Source: Leptonemataceae bacterium (lineage in GTDB: Bacteria > Spirochaetota > Leptospiria > Leptospirales > Leptonemataceae). Taken from it: a stretch of DNA of 64,000 bases. Made by a program: the position numbers and the translations under genes. The notes below the pieces were generated by a model. It did not search any database. It was not told the DNA's origin and saw only the letters and a program-made list of their open reading frames with translations. Below are positions 38,075 to 48,601 of the stretch, one piece after another. The stretch spans positions 5,440,001-5,504,000 of the forward strand of contig OZ245742.1 of assembly GCA_965227295.1 (NCBI GenBank), read 5' to 3'. Numbering within the stretch: the stretch's first letter is position 1; each line of letters begins with the position of its first letter.

Positions 38075-39241
38075 GTGACGAACTTCGATCTCAGCAACGA
38101 ACACTTTCCCATCAAGAACGAGTACATCTTCCTCGCGCACTGCGGCATCTCGGCCCAGTACGCCGGTGCCGACGCGGCCGCGGCGCGCTTCCAGCGCTTC
38201 CATACCGAACGAGCCGCCCTCGTGTTTCGCGAGTACCCGGACGTCCTCGGCGATCTGCGCAACGCCGCGGGTCGACTGCTCCGCACCGACGGCAGCAACG
38301 TTGCCTTCGTCAAAAACACCGCCGAGGGCCTGTCCATGATCGCCAACGGATATCCGTTCGAACCGGGCGATCGCATCGTCAGCTATGTGCACGAATATCC
38401 GTCGAACCACTATCCCTGGAAGATCCAGGAACGACGCGGCGCGGAACTCGTGCTGCTCCCCGACAGCGCGCCGGAAGATACAAAGCCCCGCGGCTTCACG
38501 TACGCGGACGTCGCACGCATCCTGGAGGACGATCGGGTCCGTGTCCTGGCTGTATCGCATGTGCAGTTTACGAGCGGTTACGCCGCCGACCTGAAGCGCC
38601 TGGGCGCGCTCTGCAAAGAACGCGGGGTGGACTTCATCGTGGACGCGGCCCAGAGCCTGGGCGGCCTGCCGCTGTTTCCGGAAGAGCACGGCATCAGCGC
38701 GATCGCCGCGTCCGGCTGGAAGTGGCTCATGGGTCCCATCGGCACGGGCCTCTTGTATACATCGCCGGAGTTGCGCGCAAAGATCGCGCCGACGATGGCC
38801 GGCCCCGAACTCATGCTGCAGGGCGACGACTACCTCGATCACACCTTCGCCCCGCATACGGACGCCCGGCGCTTCGAGTACAGCACCGGTTCGTTGGCGC
38901 TGTCGGTGGGCCTCCACGCCTGCATCAACGATCTGCACAACCGCTTCGGCATCGAGGCAATCCACGCACGCCTCTTAGAATTACAGGAACGCATGTTAGC
39001 GAAACTCGACCGTGAACGCTTTCGTTTCGTGGAGTGGCCCGCCGAAAATCGTTCGGGCATCCTGGCGTGCACGGTCCACGATGCTTCCGGCAAAGAGGAG
39101 GATCCGAACGCCTGCGTACGTCGCGCCCTGGACGCGGGCGTATTTGTTTCGAGTCGCGGCGGTTATCTGCGACTCGCGCCGCACTTCCCGAACAGTGACG
39201 ACGAGATCGACCGCGCGTGCGAAATCATGAACGGGCTGTAG
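38075..39241 (+). CDS. Class V aminotransferase-fold PLP enzyme
   Basis: FVKNTAEGL, EYPSN, SHVQFTSG, VDAAQSLG, ASGWKWLMGP.GTG, LRLAPHF. Confidence 0.92.
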   Translation: MTNFDLSNEHFPIKNEYIFLAHCGISAQYAGADAAAARFQRFHTERAALVFREYPDVLGDLRNAAGRLLRTDGSNVAFVKNTAEGLSMIANGYPFEPGDRIVSYVHEYPSNHYPWKIQERRGAELVLLPDSAPEDTKPRGFTYADVARILEDDRVRVLAVSHVQFTSGYAADLKRLGALCKERGVDFIVDAAQSLGGLPLFPEEHGISAIAASGWKWLMGPIGTGLLYTSPELRAKIAPTMAGPELMLQGDDYLDHTFAPHTDARRFEYSTGSLALSVGLHACINDLHNRFGIEAIHARLLELQERMLAKLDRERFRFVEWPAENRSGILACTVHDASGKEEDPNACVRRALDAGVFVSSRGGYLRLAPHFPNSDDEIDRACEIMNGL

Positions 39242-39242
39242 C

Positions 39243-40205
39243 TTACGGCAAACCCGCGAGCCCGTGCACCGAAGCGGGGTTCTTGCGCTTGCCGTCCTTG
39301 CGCACTTCGAAATGCAGGTGCGGCCCCGTCGCCCGACCGGTGGCGCCCACCGCCCCGATAACCTGTCCCGGCCGAACCTTAGCGCCTTTACGCACGTCGA
39401 TGCGCGACAGATGACCGTAGTACGTATGATAACCGAAGTCGTGTTCGAGCACGATCAGCTTACCGTAACCGCGCGCATTCTTACTCACGCGCACGACCTT
39501 GCCGCCGCGGCTCGCGTACACCGAGGTTCCCTGCGGCGCCGCAATGTCCACGCCGCCGTGAAAGGTCCGCCGCCGCGTAAACGGATCGATGCGCGTGCCG
39601 AAGCTGCTGGACACACGACCGGTGCGCAACGGCGGCAGGAAACCCTCGCCGCGAAAGTAACGTTCCTCTTCCGGCAGATACTTGCGCCCGGGTAGAAAGT
39701 AACGATCGTCTTCTTCGGTGGGCAGCACGTAAGCCGTGGGGATTTCGTACTGTCGGGCAAGTTTGATGGTGGCCGCATCGCGCTCATCGGAACTGCGCAC
39801 GAACAGACCGCGGGCGTTGGGAATCACCAGCTCCTGGCCGGGCAACAGCGCGTTCGGATTCGCAAGTTCGTTGAGCGACGCCAGGGTATCGGCGTCCTGG
39901 GAAAGCCGCGCCATAATCTCATAAAAATTTTCTTCTTTGCCGACGGTGTAGCGAACGTAGCGCAGCCGGCGACACAGCCGGCCCTCGCGCATGGTACAAC
40001 GCAGGTTGTCGGCGATTTCTTTGCGCAGGCGCTGGAGATCGGCGTTGCCGTGATCCAGCGAGGCCAGCACGGGAATGGCAGATTCCGCCGGCATCGCGCG
40101 TGTGGTTTCAGAGTACGTCGGGCCGCCGAGCAACACGAACAGCACGAAGCCCAGGGCCGGCACCGGCGGACGAACGGAACGGGAACACGCGAACCACAAG
40201 AGCAT
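39243..40205 (-). CDS. LysM + M23 peptidase
   Basis: LysM-like YTV...LASLNEL..PN.L.PGQELVIP; FHGGVDIAA, TYYGHLS, TGRATGPHLHFEVR. Confidence 0.9.
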   Translation of the reverse strand: MLLWFACSRSVRPPVPALGFVLFVLLGGPTYSETTRAMPAESAIPVLASLDHGNADLQRLRKEIADNLRCTMREGRLCRRLRYVRYTVGKEENFYEIMARLSQDADTLASLNELANPNALLPGQELVIPNARGLFVRSSDERDAATIKLARQYEIPTAYVLPTEEDDRYFLPGRKYLPEEERYFRGEGFLPPLRTGRVSSSFGTRIDPFTRRRTFHGGVDIAAPQGTSVYASRGGKVVRVSKNARGYGKLIVLEHDFGYHTYYGHLSRIDVRKGAKVRPGQVIGAVGATGRATGPHLHFEVRKDGKRKNPASVHGLAGLP

Positions 40206-40283
40206 GCTGTTTCTAACATCGAAAAGATTCGCGACGATCCGCGAAAAAAATTTACCGCATCCACGGCTCGTGGATCGTACCGC

Positions 40284-41003
40284 ATGCGCTTCATGCAGAG
40301 TCTGTTGATCCTGGCGGCGGTCCTGCTCGGCTTTCTGTTGATCGAGTCGTTTCAGGCCGTAGCGCAAACCCGCCTCGCCGCAGTCCTCCAGAGCGCCGGC
40401 CTCGATCCGCTGCGTCATCCCCTGGCCGTCTGGGGCGATCGTCTGCGCTACGGCCTGGTGGCCGGCGGCCTCGGCGCGCTGATCTTCCAGGTTCTCCTGC
40501 CGTTTCGCGGCGACACGAATCACCCGCACGCAAACCGCGACGCCTTCTGGCTGCGCGGGAGCGCGGTGGTCGCCCCGGGGTGGGGATTGGCCGGCGGCGT
40601 GCTCTTGTTCGGTATGATGTTTGGAATCGAACGTTTGCTCCAGGGCCTGGGTCTCGCGGCGGTCCCCACCCGGGAAACCCTGGCAGCCGTCTTACGGGAG
40701 GACGCGCAGGTCTTCTTGCTCCACCTGATCGCCTCCGCCGGCTTCACCGCCGTCTTCGAAGAATTCTTTTTCCGCGGCTGCATGCAGAGATACCTCGAAC
40801 GAAACGGCTTCGGTCCTCGTCTGAGCATTGGCTATGTTGCGCTTCTCTTCGTCCTCGTGCATCCCATTGCCGCTGTTCCGGTCCTGCTTCCGGCCGGCCT
40901 GGTCTTCGGCTTTTTCTTCTGGCGTCAGGGACTCCTCCCCGCAATCCTGGCCCACGCGAGCTACAACGCATTGATTCTTACAGCCGTCCGGTACTTCCCC
41001 TGA
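40284..41003 (+). CDS. CPBP (CAAX protease/Abi) intramembrane metalloprotease
   Basis: FEEFFFRG, LFVLVH, AILAHASYN. Confidence 0.9.
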   Translation: MRFMQSLLILAAVLLGFLLIESFQAVAQTRLAAVLQSAGLDPLRHPLAVWGDRLRYGLVAGGLGALIFQVLLPFRGDTNHPHANRDAFWLRGSAVVAPGWGLAGGVLLFGMMFGIERLLQGLGLAAVPTRETLAAVLREDAQVFLLHLIASAGFTAVFEEFFFRGCMQRYLERNGFGPRLSIGYVALLFVLVHPIAAVPVLLPAGLVFGFFFWRQGLLPAILAHASYNALILTAVRYFP

Positions 41004-41014
41004 CACCTTCATCC

Positions 41015-41743
41015 GTGAGATTTTTCGCCCATTCGATTCTCAGATACACCGTCGCCGCTCTGGCCGCGACGGTCCTCGTGTTTCCCGCAAGCCTGCAGGC
41101 CCAGGTCGCCCACGAATCCGAGCTCACGATTGAGGAGGCGCGCTGGGCCCTCGATCGTTTCCTGTATGGTTTCGATCGCGGCTCCTACTTCAGCGACGAC
41201 GAGACCGAGGGCTTCCACTTTCTCTATAGCTCACATCCACTGTCGGCCTTCGACTACGACATCTACGGAACCACGGTCTCTTCCAGCATCGATCAGACCG
41301 TCATCCGCATCGAAGGCGGCACCGGGGATGCGGAAACCATGGCCCGCGTCCTGGAGTTGGAAGGCTTGCTTACGAAAGGTTCCACTGTGCCGGCCGACGC
41401 CAGCGGCGATCCGGTAGCGCTGAGTGAAAAGTCGCATCTCATCTCCCAATCGCTAAACCTGGCCGCTCCGTGGCTCGGCATCTGGTACAACACCTACAAT
41501 ACGCCGCGACTGAGCCTGGGGCAGACCTGGTTTCGCTTCGGCGCCTACTTTCTTGCGGACGGTCTGTTGCTCTGGGCCGGCGGCACGAAGCTCTGGTCCG
41601 GCAAGTTCGACGCCGGGGAAAACCAGGCCTACATCATCGGAGCGCTGGCCATCCCGCGGGCCGTCGGCGCGCTCCAATCCTTCAACCTGGTGCGCGGTCA
41701 CAACAAGCTCGCCGAACTCAAGTACACGTTTTATCTCGACTGA
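41015..41743 (+). CDS. Exported hypothetical protein
   Basis: Signal-like N-terminus (GTG start inferred), host-like codon usage, sits within a gene run. Confidence 0.65.
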   Translation: MRFFAHSILRYTVAALAATVLVFPASLQAQVAHESELTIEEARWALDRFLYGFDRGSYFSDDETEGFHFLYSSHPLSAFDYDIYGTTVSSSIDQTVIRIEGGTGDAETMARVLELEGLLTKGSTVPADASGDPVALSEKSHLISQSLNLAAPWLGIWYNTYNTPRLSLGQTWFRFGAYFLADGLLLWAGGTKLWSGKFDAGENQAYIIGALAIPRAVGALQSFNLVRGHNKLAELKYTFYLD

Positions 41744-41751
41744 GGCGGACG

Positions 41752-42252
41752 ATGGCCTACCGCTTCTCCACGTATCTCGTCGCGAGCCTGCTGGTGCATG
41801 CCCTCGTGCTCGGAGGCCTGGTGCTCACGGCCGGAGTTCCTACCAGCCTCACCCCGTTCCAGGTGGATGCCCGGGCCGGCTTCGCCGAACTGAATGCCCG
41901 CTTCGTTCCAGGCGTCCGCGGCCGGCAGACGGCCGAGCACGGAGACGGTAACACGGCCGGGTCAAACGCCGGTCAGGCCGCGGCCCGCGCGGGCCTGATC
42001 ACCCGCTCCGTTTCCGAACTCCGGCGGACGATTCCCTACCCCGCCCTCGCCCGGGAAATGAACATGCAGGGCCGACTGGTAATCACGTGCACGATCGATG
42101 CGCGCGGCCGGGTAAGCGCCGCCACGGTGAGCCGTTCCTCGGGACACGACCTCCTCGATCGCACGGCCCTGGAACACGTGCGCACCTGGACCTTTCCCGT
42201 CGGCGAAGATGAGACGAGCTTCGAAATTCCCGTACGTTTTCGACTGGAATGA
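41752..42252 (+). CDS. TonB C-terminal domain protein
   Basis: SLLVHA TM segment; YPALAREMNMQGRLVI...SSGHDLLDRTAL...W.F...IPVRFRLE. Confidence 0.9.
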   Translation: MAYRFSTYLVASLLVHALVLGGLVLTAGVPTSLTPFQVDARAGFAELNARFVPGVRGRQTAEHGDGNTAGSNAGQAAARAGLITRSVSELRRTIPYPALAREMNMQGRLVITCTIDARGRVSAATVSRSSGHDLLDRTALEHVRTWTFPVGEDETSFEIPVRFRLE

Positions 42253-42285
42253 TCGGCGGCCGTGTAAGAGTTCCTACAAATCGCC

Positions 42286-42975
42286 GTGCCCTCGTCCCCA
42301 CTCACCATCCTTTACGAAGACAACCATCTGCTCGTCATCGACAAGCCGGCGGGCCTGCTATCCCAGAGCGACCGCCCTGCCGACGACGATTCGCACGACG
42401 ACGTACTCGGCATCGGCAAGGCCTACATCGCCGAACGCTACGCGAAACCCGGGGCAGTCTACCTGGGCCTGGTGCATCGCCTGGATCGCAATGTCGGCGG
42501 CGTTATGATCCTCGCGCGAACCTCGAAGGCCGCGTCGCGGCTTTCGAAGGAAATCCGCGAAGGTCGCGTCCGCAAGCTCTACACCGCCGCCACCGAACGT
42601 TCGCTGCCTGCCGATTACGCCGACGAAGGTCGACTGGAAGATCATATGCGCAAAGACGAACGCCGCCGCCTGGCGCTGCCCGCGGATGCCGGAGGGGGTA
42701 AACTCGCAACGTTACGCTACCGGCGCCTCGCCAGCCCGCCGGACTTTGCAATATCCGAAGCAGCGATGTACGAAATCGAACTGGAAACCGGACGCTTTCA
42801 TCAGATCCGCTTTCAGTTTGCGCAACGCGGCGCGCCGATCCTCGGCGACCGGCGCTACGGTGCGAAGCAGGGTCTGCCGGGCACGGCCCTGGCGCTGCAC
42901 TGCATTTGCATGGAAGTCAAACATCCAACCCGCGACGAACGCCTGGCCTTTCACAGCTCCCCGCCCTTTCTATGA
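42286..42975 (+). CDS. RluA-family pseudouridine synthase
   Basis: LYEDNHLLVIDKPAGLL, VHRLDR, LETGRFHQIR, PILGDRRYG, LALH. Confidence 0.95.
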   Translation: MPSSPLTILYEDNHLLVIDKPAGLLSQSDRPADDDSHDDVLGIGKAYIAERYAKPGAVYLGLVHRLDRNVGGVMILARTSKAASRLSKEIREGRVRKLYTAATERSLPADYADEGRLEDHMRKDERRRLALPADAGGGKLATLRYRRLASPPDFAISEAAMYEIELETGRFHQIRFQFAQRGAPILGDRRYGAKQGLPGTALALHCICMEVKHPTRDERLAFHSSPPFL

Positions 42976-43032
42976 ACACGTACAATCGTTTTTGACTTGC
43001 GCTGAGAGGAATCCGGCGGCGATCCTCGGGCA

Positions 43033-44310
43033 ATGAATCAATTCATTCCCCCCGGCTTCAGCCTGCCCCTCGCCTGGACGGCGGATCTCATGCTGCCGCT
43101 CATTTTGAAGGGCGTTCAGAACATCGACGAAGTCGTCGTGCGTCCCGAGGACAAACGCATGCTGCGCAATCTGCGCAAGGATCGCCTGCTTTTTTTTACG
43201 AATCATCCGACGACCGCCGAACCGCCCATCACCTGGCACCTGGGCAATCTCATGGGCGCGCGCTTTCAGTTCATGGCTTCGCGCCAGGTCTTCGACTGGA
43301 ACTGGGGCATCGTGGGCCGCGTAATTTCGAACCTGGGCGCCTACTCGGTCATCGCCGGCATCAACGACCGCGAAGCCTTTAAGACCACGCGCCAGGCCCT
43401 GGCGAAACCGGAAGGCAAGCTGGTACTGTATCCGGAGGGCGAACCCACCAGCGGCGAGAACGATTCGCTCATGCCGTTCCAGCCCGGCGTCGCCCAGCTT
43501 TCATTCTGGGCCCTCGACGATGCCCGCAAAGTCGATCCGAAGGCGGACATCACCATCCTGCCGGGATTCATTAAGTACATCGTGCAGGGGACGGACGCGG
43601 AAATCCGCGATCAATTAGACCAGAGCCTGCGCAAACTGGAGAAACATCTCGGCATCGATCCGGGCGACAAGAATCTCCTGCGCCGGTTCTTAACAGTCGG
43701 TCGCGTGTTGTTAGAAGAAGCCGAGGGCGAGTACAGGATTCCGCGGGCTTCGGACCAGGACTTCGATTACCGCATCGGCCGACTGCGACACGCCATCCTG
43801 GACAACGTCGCCGAAAAAATCAACGCCCAGGGCTACGATCCCAAAGCCGACGCCATCATCAAGCTCCGCCAGCTTTTCGCCGTAGTGGAGATGATCATGA
43901 TCGACTACCCGGATCCGAAAGTTCCGAAGCTGAATGATCAGGAAAAAGAGTGGGCGCACAAGGAACTTTTGAAGGCCTTCGACTTCATCGTCATCAAACG
44001 CGAGTCTCTGGTATCGCGTCCCACGCCCGAACGTTTCTACGAATGGCTGGCCCGCTTCGAAAGCTACGCCTACGATAAGACACCCCGGGCCCTGGGCGGG
44101 GAGCCGTCCCCGGTCCCGCGCAAGGCTTACGTAAGCTTTGCCAGGCCGTTTAATTTAAGCGAGTACTGGCATCCCACGGACAAGGCTGCCCGCAAAAAGG
44201 GTGTCGAGAAAATGCTGAAACGCGTACGGGACGATATGCAGGGCCTCCTGGACGAGGCCCTGAACCTCAGCCAACCGCTGGTGAAACCGTACGACATCGG
44301 TGAGGAGTAA
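43033..44310 (+). CDS. PlsC-like phospholipid/glycerol acyltransferase
   Basis: FTNHPTTAE, FMASR, LVLYPEG, PFQPG. Confidence 0.85.
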   Translation: MNQFIPPGFSLPLAWTADLMLPLILKGVQNIDEVVVRPEDKRMLRNLRKDRLLFFTNHPTTAEPPITWHLGNLMGARFQFMASRQVFDWNWGIVGRVISNLGAYSVIAGINDREAFKTTRQALAKPEGKLVLYPEGEPTSGENDSLMPFQPGVAQLSFWALDDARKVDPKADITILPGFIKYIVQGTDAEIRDQLDQSLRKLEKHLGIDPGDKNLLRRFLTVGRVLLEEAEGEYRIPRASDQDFDYRIGRLRHAILDNVAEKINAQGYDPKADAIIKLRQLFAVVEMIMIDYPDPKVPKLNDQEKEWAHKELLKAFDFIVIKRESLVSRPTPERFYEWLARFESYAYDKTPRALGGEPSPVPRKAYVSFARPFNLSEYWHPTDKAARKKGVEKMLKRVRDDMQGLLDEALNLSQPLVKPYDIGEE

Positions 44311-44321
44311 AAGAGTTTCTT

Positions 44322-44434
44322 ACACCGAGGACCGAGGTACCGAGAATCAAATCCACAGAGCGCTCGTAGCCCGCATGCGTTCAGACTACGAACGCCTCCC
44401 CAAACATACTCGGGCCCTTCTCGGTCCTCGGAGT
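44322..44434. repeat. Family B inverted-arm element 2
   Basis: Left arm ACACCGAGGACCGAGGTACCGAG, right arm CTCGGGCCCTTCTCGGTCCTCGGAGT. Confidence 0.85.
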
Positions 44435-44447
44435 CAATTCCTGCTGC

Positions 44448-45536
44448 TTATGCCGCAGCCTTCGCCTCGGCGTAGCTCAGCCACCGCCCCTCTTTCGCGT
44501 CAAAGAGTTTGCACATCTTCGTGCTTCGCAGGTAGTCCCGGAAGACCGTGCCGCGGCGTTCGATCACGTAATCGCCGTAAACGGACTTAATATCTTCCAG
44601 CGCCTTCGGTAGATGATAAAACGGAATGCGCACCTGCACGTGATGAGGCATGTGCACGTAAATGTTGTGTAAAAAGAAGTTAGCGAACGGATTCAGGTGA
44701 TAGTTCACCGTGCCGAAGAGCTGGCCGTAGGCCGGCGTCCACTCGCGGTGTCTCTTCCACGGGATGGTCTCGTGGATGTGATGCACGTAGACCGTGAAAC
44801 CCATGAAGTAGTTCCAGGCAATGAACGGCATGAGGCACATCTTCGCCCACATCCAGAAGCCGCCGGTATAGAACGCGGCGGCGCTAATGCCGACGGCAAA
44901 CAGCATCACGAGTACACGATCGCGGTTTACACCCTTCGCCGGCGCATTGTAGAGATACATGCTCTTTAGCCAGATCTCGATTAAGTAATAGGGACCGGCC
45001 CCCAGGGGCGACCAGTACAGACGGTGCATCATTTTACCGAACCAGGACTTACGCCGGTACTGCGCCGGGGAGACCGGACGCCATACGAAGTCGCCTTCGA
45101 GTTTGATCGTGTGACCGTGATGAATGCGATTGTGGCCGTAGACCCAGGCGCTGTAAGCATGCAGGCTCGGCAGCATGGCGATCTGGCCCACCCAGTACGC
45201 GAGCGTCTTGTTCTTAAATAGAGCGCCATGGGCGGCGTCGTGACCGACAATGAACAGCCCGCTGATGGCGAAGCCCGTGAGAACCCACAGAGGCAGGACA
45301 TAGTACCACGCGTCGACAAAATAGAGCGTCGTAAAGATCGCCGCGGTAACGATGAGATCCCGGGCGAAATAGACCAGGCCGAGCCAGGTCGGATTATCGT
45401 AGGCCTCCGGGGAAATCGTATCCCGGATGGATTTCCAGGTCAGGCGCTGCCCGGTGAAGCGTTCCGCCCGTTCGTCGTGGCGCTCTTCGGGATCGGCTGC
45501 GGCCTCCCGTGGTCTTGTAAGCGTCGCTTGCGTCAT
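44448..45536 (-). CDS. Membrane fatty acid desaturase (delta-12/omega-6-like)
   Basis: His boxes HDAAH, HNRIHH, HMPHH; GGAGG RBS. Confidence 0.92.
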   Translation of the reverse strand: MTQATLTRPREAAADPEERHDERAERFTGQRLTWKSIRDTISPEAYDNPTWLGLVYFARDLIVTAAIFTTLYFVDAWYYVLPLWVLTGFAISGLFIVGHDAAHGALFKNKTLAYWVGQIAMLPSLHAYSAWVYGHNRIHHGHTIKLEGDFVWRPVSPAQYRRKSWFGKMMHRLYWSPLGAGPYYLIEIWLKSMYLYNAPAKGVNRDRVLVMLFAVGISAAAFYTGGFWMWAKMCLMPFIAWNYFMGFTVYVHHIHETIPWKRHREWTPAYGQLFGTVNYHLNPFANFFLHNIYVHMPHHVQVRIPFYHLPKALEDIKSVYGDYVIERRGTVFRDYLRSTKMCKLFDAKEGRWLSYAEAKAAA

Positions 45537-45638
45537 GAAGATTCCTCCGTTGGGGCTGCTGTGCCCCGCGGCCCTGTTTTCGCCGCTTTCAGCCATTTCT
45601 GATGCACTGCAAAAATCTGTCAATCGGAACTAACGCCG

Positions 45639-45659
45639 TTAGTTAAGTGACTTAATTAA
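45639..45659. promoter_or_regulatory. Putative repressor operator upstream of the desaturase
   Basis: TTAGTTAAGT-G-ACTTAATTAA, near-perfect 21-bp dyad. Confidence 0.55.
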
Positions 45660-45703
45660 AATATTTAGATATAGCTTCGGCCTACCGGGGTGGCCGTGAG
45701 CAC

Positions 45704-45737
45704 AAAAAAGGCGCCCCTGAATCCAGGGACGCCTTTT
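45704..45737 (-). terminator. Rho-independent terminator of the acyl-CoA dehydrogenase gene
   Basis: Minus strand AAAAGGCGTCCCTG-GATT-CAGGGGCGCCTTTTTT. Confidence 0.8.
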
Positions 45738-45774
45738 CGGCCGTGCCGGGCGCCCGGCACGTCTGTGTGAAATC

Positions 45775-46962
45775 TCAGCGCTTCGAGGCGGCTTCTTTGA
45801 TGAGGCCGGCCGCAATCTCGTTCCGCTGGATCTGCGAGGTGCCTTCATAGATCTGGAGGATCTTCGCGTCGCGGAACATTTTCTCCACCGGATACTCTTT
45901 CGTGAAACCGTAGCCGCCGTAGATCTGCACCGCGTCCGTGGACACGGCCATGGCGGTGTCCGCCGCGTAGCACTTCGCGATGGCCGAATACTTCGCCATG
46001 TCCTTCGCGCCGGCAATGCACATCCGTGCGGATTTGTAGGTCAGCAGGCGGGAGGCTTCGACCTTCATGGCCATGTCCGCCAGCATGTGCTGGATGGCCT
46101 GGAACGAAGCGATCTTCACACCGAACTGCTCACGCTCACGCGCATACTGGATGGCCGCATCGAACGCCGCCTGGGCAAGACCGACGGCCGAAGCCGCCAC
46201 GGCCGGACGTGAGAAGTTCAGGGTCTTGAGCGCGTGCAGGAAGCCGATGTTCTCCACGCCGCCGACCAGGTTCTCCGCCGGAACTTCGCAGTCCTCGAAG
46301 ATCAACTGGCGCGTTTCCGAGCAGCGAATGCCGAGCTTGTCTTCTTTTTTACCGAACGAAAAGCCCGGGGTGTCCTTCTCGACGACGATGCAGGAGATAC
46401 CGCGCGTGCCACGATCCTTGTTGGTCATGCAGAAGACCGTGTAAAGATCGGCAGTGCCGGCGCCGGAGATCCACTGCTTGGTTCCGTTCAGGATGTACTT
46501 GTCGCCCTTTTTCACGGCGGTGGTTGTGAGGGCCGGAACGTCCGAACCGGCGCCGGGTTCGGTGAGACCGAAGGCGCAGATTTTTTCGCCCGTGGCGAGC
46601 GGTTGCAGCCACTTCTGCTTTTGTTCTTCGGTACCGCCGACCTCGATGGGCAGCGCGCCGAGTTTCGTTGCCAGGAACGCCGTGCCCACGCCAAGGCAAC
46701 CGTAGGCAATTTCTTCCGAGAGAATGATGCTGGCCATGAGGCCCATACCGAGCCCGCCGTACTCGGCTTCGAAGAGGGCGCCGAAAAGACCGGCCTCGCG
46801 GAATTTATCGAATACTTTGTGGGGGTACTCGTTCTTCTCATCCAGTTCGCCGCGAATCGGAATCAAATCGTTTTTAACAATTTCCCGTACGAGTTCACGA
46901 AGCTGGAGTTCGTCTTCGTTTAGTGAAAGGACCAGTTCTACATCCTGGCTGGCTACGCTCAT
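45775..46962 (-). CDS. Acyl-CoA dehydrogenase
   Basis: AFGLTEPGAGSD, LNGTKQWIS, REQFG, QIYGGYGFTKEYPVE, IYEGTSQIQR. Confidence 0.96.
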   Translation of the reverse strand: MSVASQDVELVLSLNEDELQLRELVREIVKNDLIPIRGELDEKNEYPHKVFDKFREAGLFGALFEAEYGGLGMGLMASIILSEEIAYGCLGVGTAFLATKLGALPIEVGGTEEQKQKWLQPLATGEKICAFGLTEPGAGSDVPALTTTAVKKGDKYILNGTKQWISGAGTADLYTVFCMTNKDRGTRGISCIVVEKDTPGFSFGKKEDKLGIRCSETRQLIFEDCEVPAENLVGGVENIGFLHALKTLNFSRPAVAASAVGLAQAAFDAAIQYAREREQFGVKIASFQAIQHMLADMAMKVEASRLLTYKSARMCIAGAKDMAKYSAIAKCYAADTAMAVSTDAVQIYGGYGFTKEYPVEKMFRDAKILQIYEGTSQIQRNEIAAGLIKEAASKR

Positions 46963-47091
46963 ATGAAATATCCCCTGGAGTAAAGTGATAGTGTTACTTT
47001 TGTTACGTTAAGATAAAATCTTGCGTTACAGTTAATCCACGGCACACCCACCGGACAACCAAAAATCTAACGGTGTCTGGATTCAATCGCC

Positions 47092-48465
47092 TCAGCTTTT
47101 TTCTTCGGCCTTGCCGTTCTTCCCATTTTTGCCGTTTTTCTCTGCTTCTTTTTCCGAGGGCGGCGGTCGTCTTACGACGCGGAACTGCACGAGCTTCTGT
47201 CGCACGCGTTTGTTCAGTTCCATTACCAGGTTGTCGATCTTCAGTTTTTCCCCGACCTCCGGAAAGCGACCGATCTTCTCGATCACGAACCCCGCCAGGC
47301 TGTTGTAGCTGTCCGACTCCGGGAGCTGGTGTTCCTTAAAGAACTCATTGAAGTCCGCAATGGGACAGGAGCCGGCGACAAGAAACGTATCCTCGGCCAC
47401 CTGCACGATCTCCTGGGGCTCGGGGTCCTCGGTGACGTCCTGGATCTCACCAACGATCTCTTCGAGCAGATCCTCCATGGTCAGCAGGCCGGCCGTGCCG
47501 CCGTACTCGTCCACAACGATGGCCATGTGGGTTCGACGCTTCTGCATCTCTTTCATGATCTTATCGATCTTCATGCTTTCGGGAACAAAGTAAGCCGGGC
47601 GCACGAGTTCACCGGGCTGGACCTGCCGGCCGCGGGCGACGTAGCGAAAGAGGTCCTTCACGTGTAAGATGCCGACGATGTGATCCAGGCTCTCCTTGAA
47701 GACCGGAATGCGACTGAAAGGCATGTCGACGATCTTCTGGATTTCCTCGTCGCCGAGTTCCGCCGGTACGGCCTGAACGTCCACGCGCGGCACCATGACC
47801 TCCCGGGCGGCGGTGTCATTGATCTCGAAGACGTTCTGAATGATTTCGTGTTCGTGATCCTCGATGGTCCCGGCCTGGACTCCCTCTTCGAGCAACTGGC
47901 GAATTTCTTCTTCAATAAGCTTCGTCTCACTGAAGCTGGTCTGGTCTTTAAAGAGTCTTAAGATTATGTTACTGGAGAAAGTGAGCAGCCCCGTAAACGC
48001 GTGAAAGATCTTCGAAACAAAATGCAGCGGATAAGCGACAATGAGCGCAAAACGTTCCGCGTGATTCAACGCCAGGGACTTCGGAATCAGTTCTCCGAAA
48101 ACGAGCGTAAGATACGTAATGGCGAGGACCAGGCCGCCGAAAGCCGCATCGGAGGCCGTGAGGCTGATGTACGGAATGCCGAGAGGAATTTCGGAAAGGC
48201 CGTAGAGCCGTTCCAGGTTGCCGAGGAGCCGCGAACCACCGAAGGCCGAGGCGAGAGTTCCGATCAAGGTTACGCCGATCTGGACCGTGGCGAAAAAATT
48301 GTCAGGATCGTCCTTGAGGCGCTGGATCAGCCGCGCGCGACCATCCCCCTCGTCCATGAGAACCTGCAAACGGCTCTTTTTAATGGAGATCAGGGCAATT
48401 TCCGAACCGGAGAAGAAACCATTCAGCAGGATCAGAAAAAGAATGATCAGTATTTCGATGACCAC
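47092..48465 (-). CDS. HlyC/CorC (hemolysin-family, CNNM-CBS-CorC) protein
   Basis: [62 protein letters not shown]. Confidence 0.95.
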   Translation of the reverse strand: MVIEILIILFLILLNGFFSGSEIALISIKKSRLQVLMDEGDGRARLIQRLKDDPDNFFATVQIGVTLIGTLASAFGGSRLLGNLERLYGLSEIPLGIPYISLTASDAAFGGLVLAITYLTLVFGELIPKSLALNHAERFALIVAYPLHFVSKIFHAFTGLLTFSSNIILRLFKDQTSFSETKLIEEEIRQLLEEGVQAGTIEDHEHEIIQNVFEINDTAAREVMVPRVDVQAVPAELGDEEIQKIVDMPFSRIPVFKESLDHIVGILHVKDLFRYVARGRQVQPGELVRPAYFVPESMKIDKIMKEMQKRRTHMAIVVDEYGGTAGLLTMEDLLEEIVGEIQDVTEDPEPQEIVQVAEDTFLVAGSCPIADFNEFFKEHQLPESDSYNSLAGFVIEKIGRFPEVGEKLKIDNLVMELNKRVRQKLVQFRVVRRPPPSEKEAEKNGKNGKNGKAEEKS

Positions 48466-48601
48466 GATGCCTTAGCGACCAGACTCCCGGAAACTTCCGG
48501 CAATCGGGAGCTGTTGACCAGTACTTTTTTAGATGAACCCGGCCGATGATGCAAATAACGGAAGACGCACGCGGCCGATCCAAAAAGCAGGTAATAGAGC
48601 G

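Noticed and set aside
37498..39015. 505-aa Arg-rich ORF
   Set aside because: Alternative frame over the rhodanese and aminotransferase genes; typical high-GC artefact
40206..40529. Long N-terminal extension of the LysM-M23 ORF
   Set aside because: Overlaps the divergent CPBP gene; a signal-like start fits 40205
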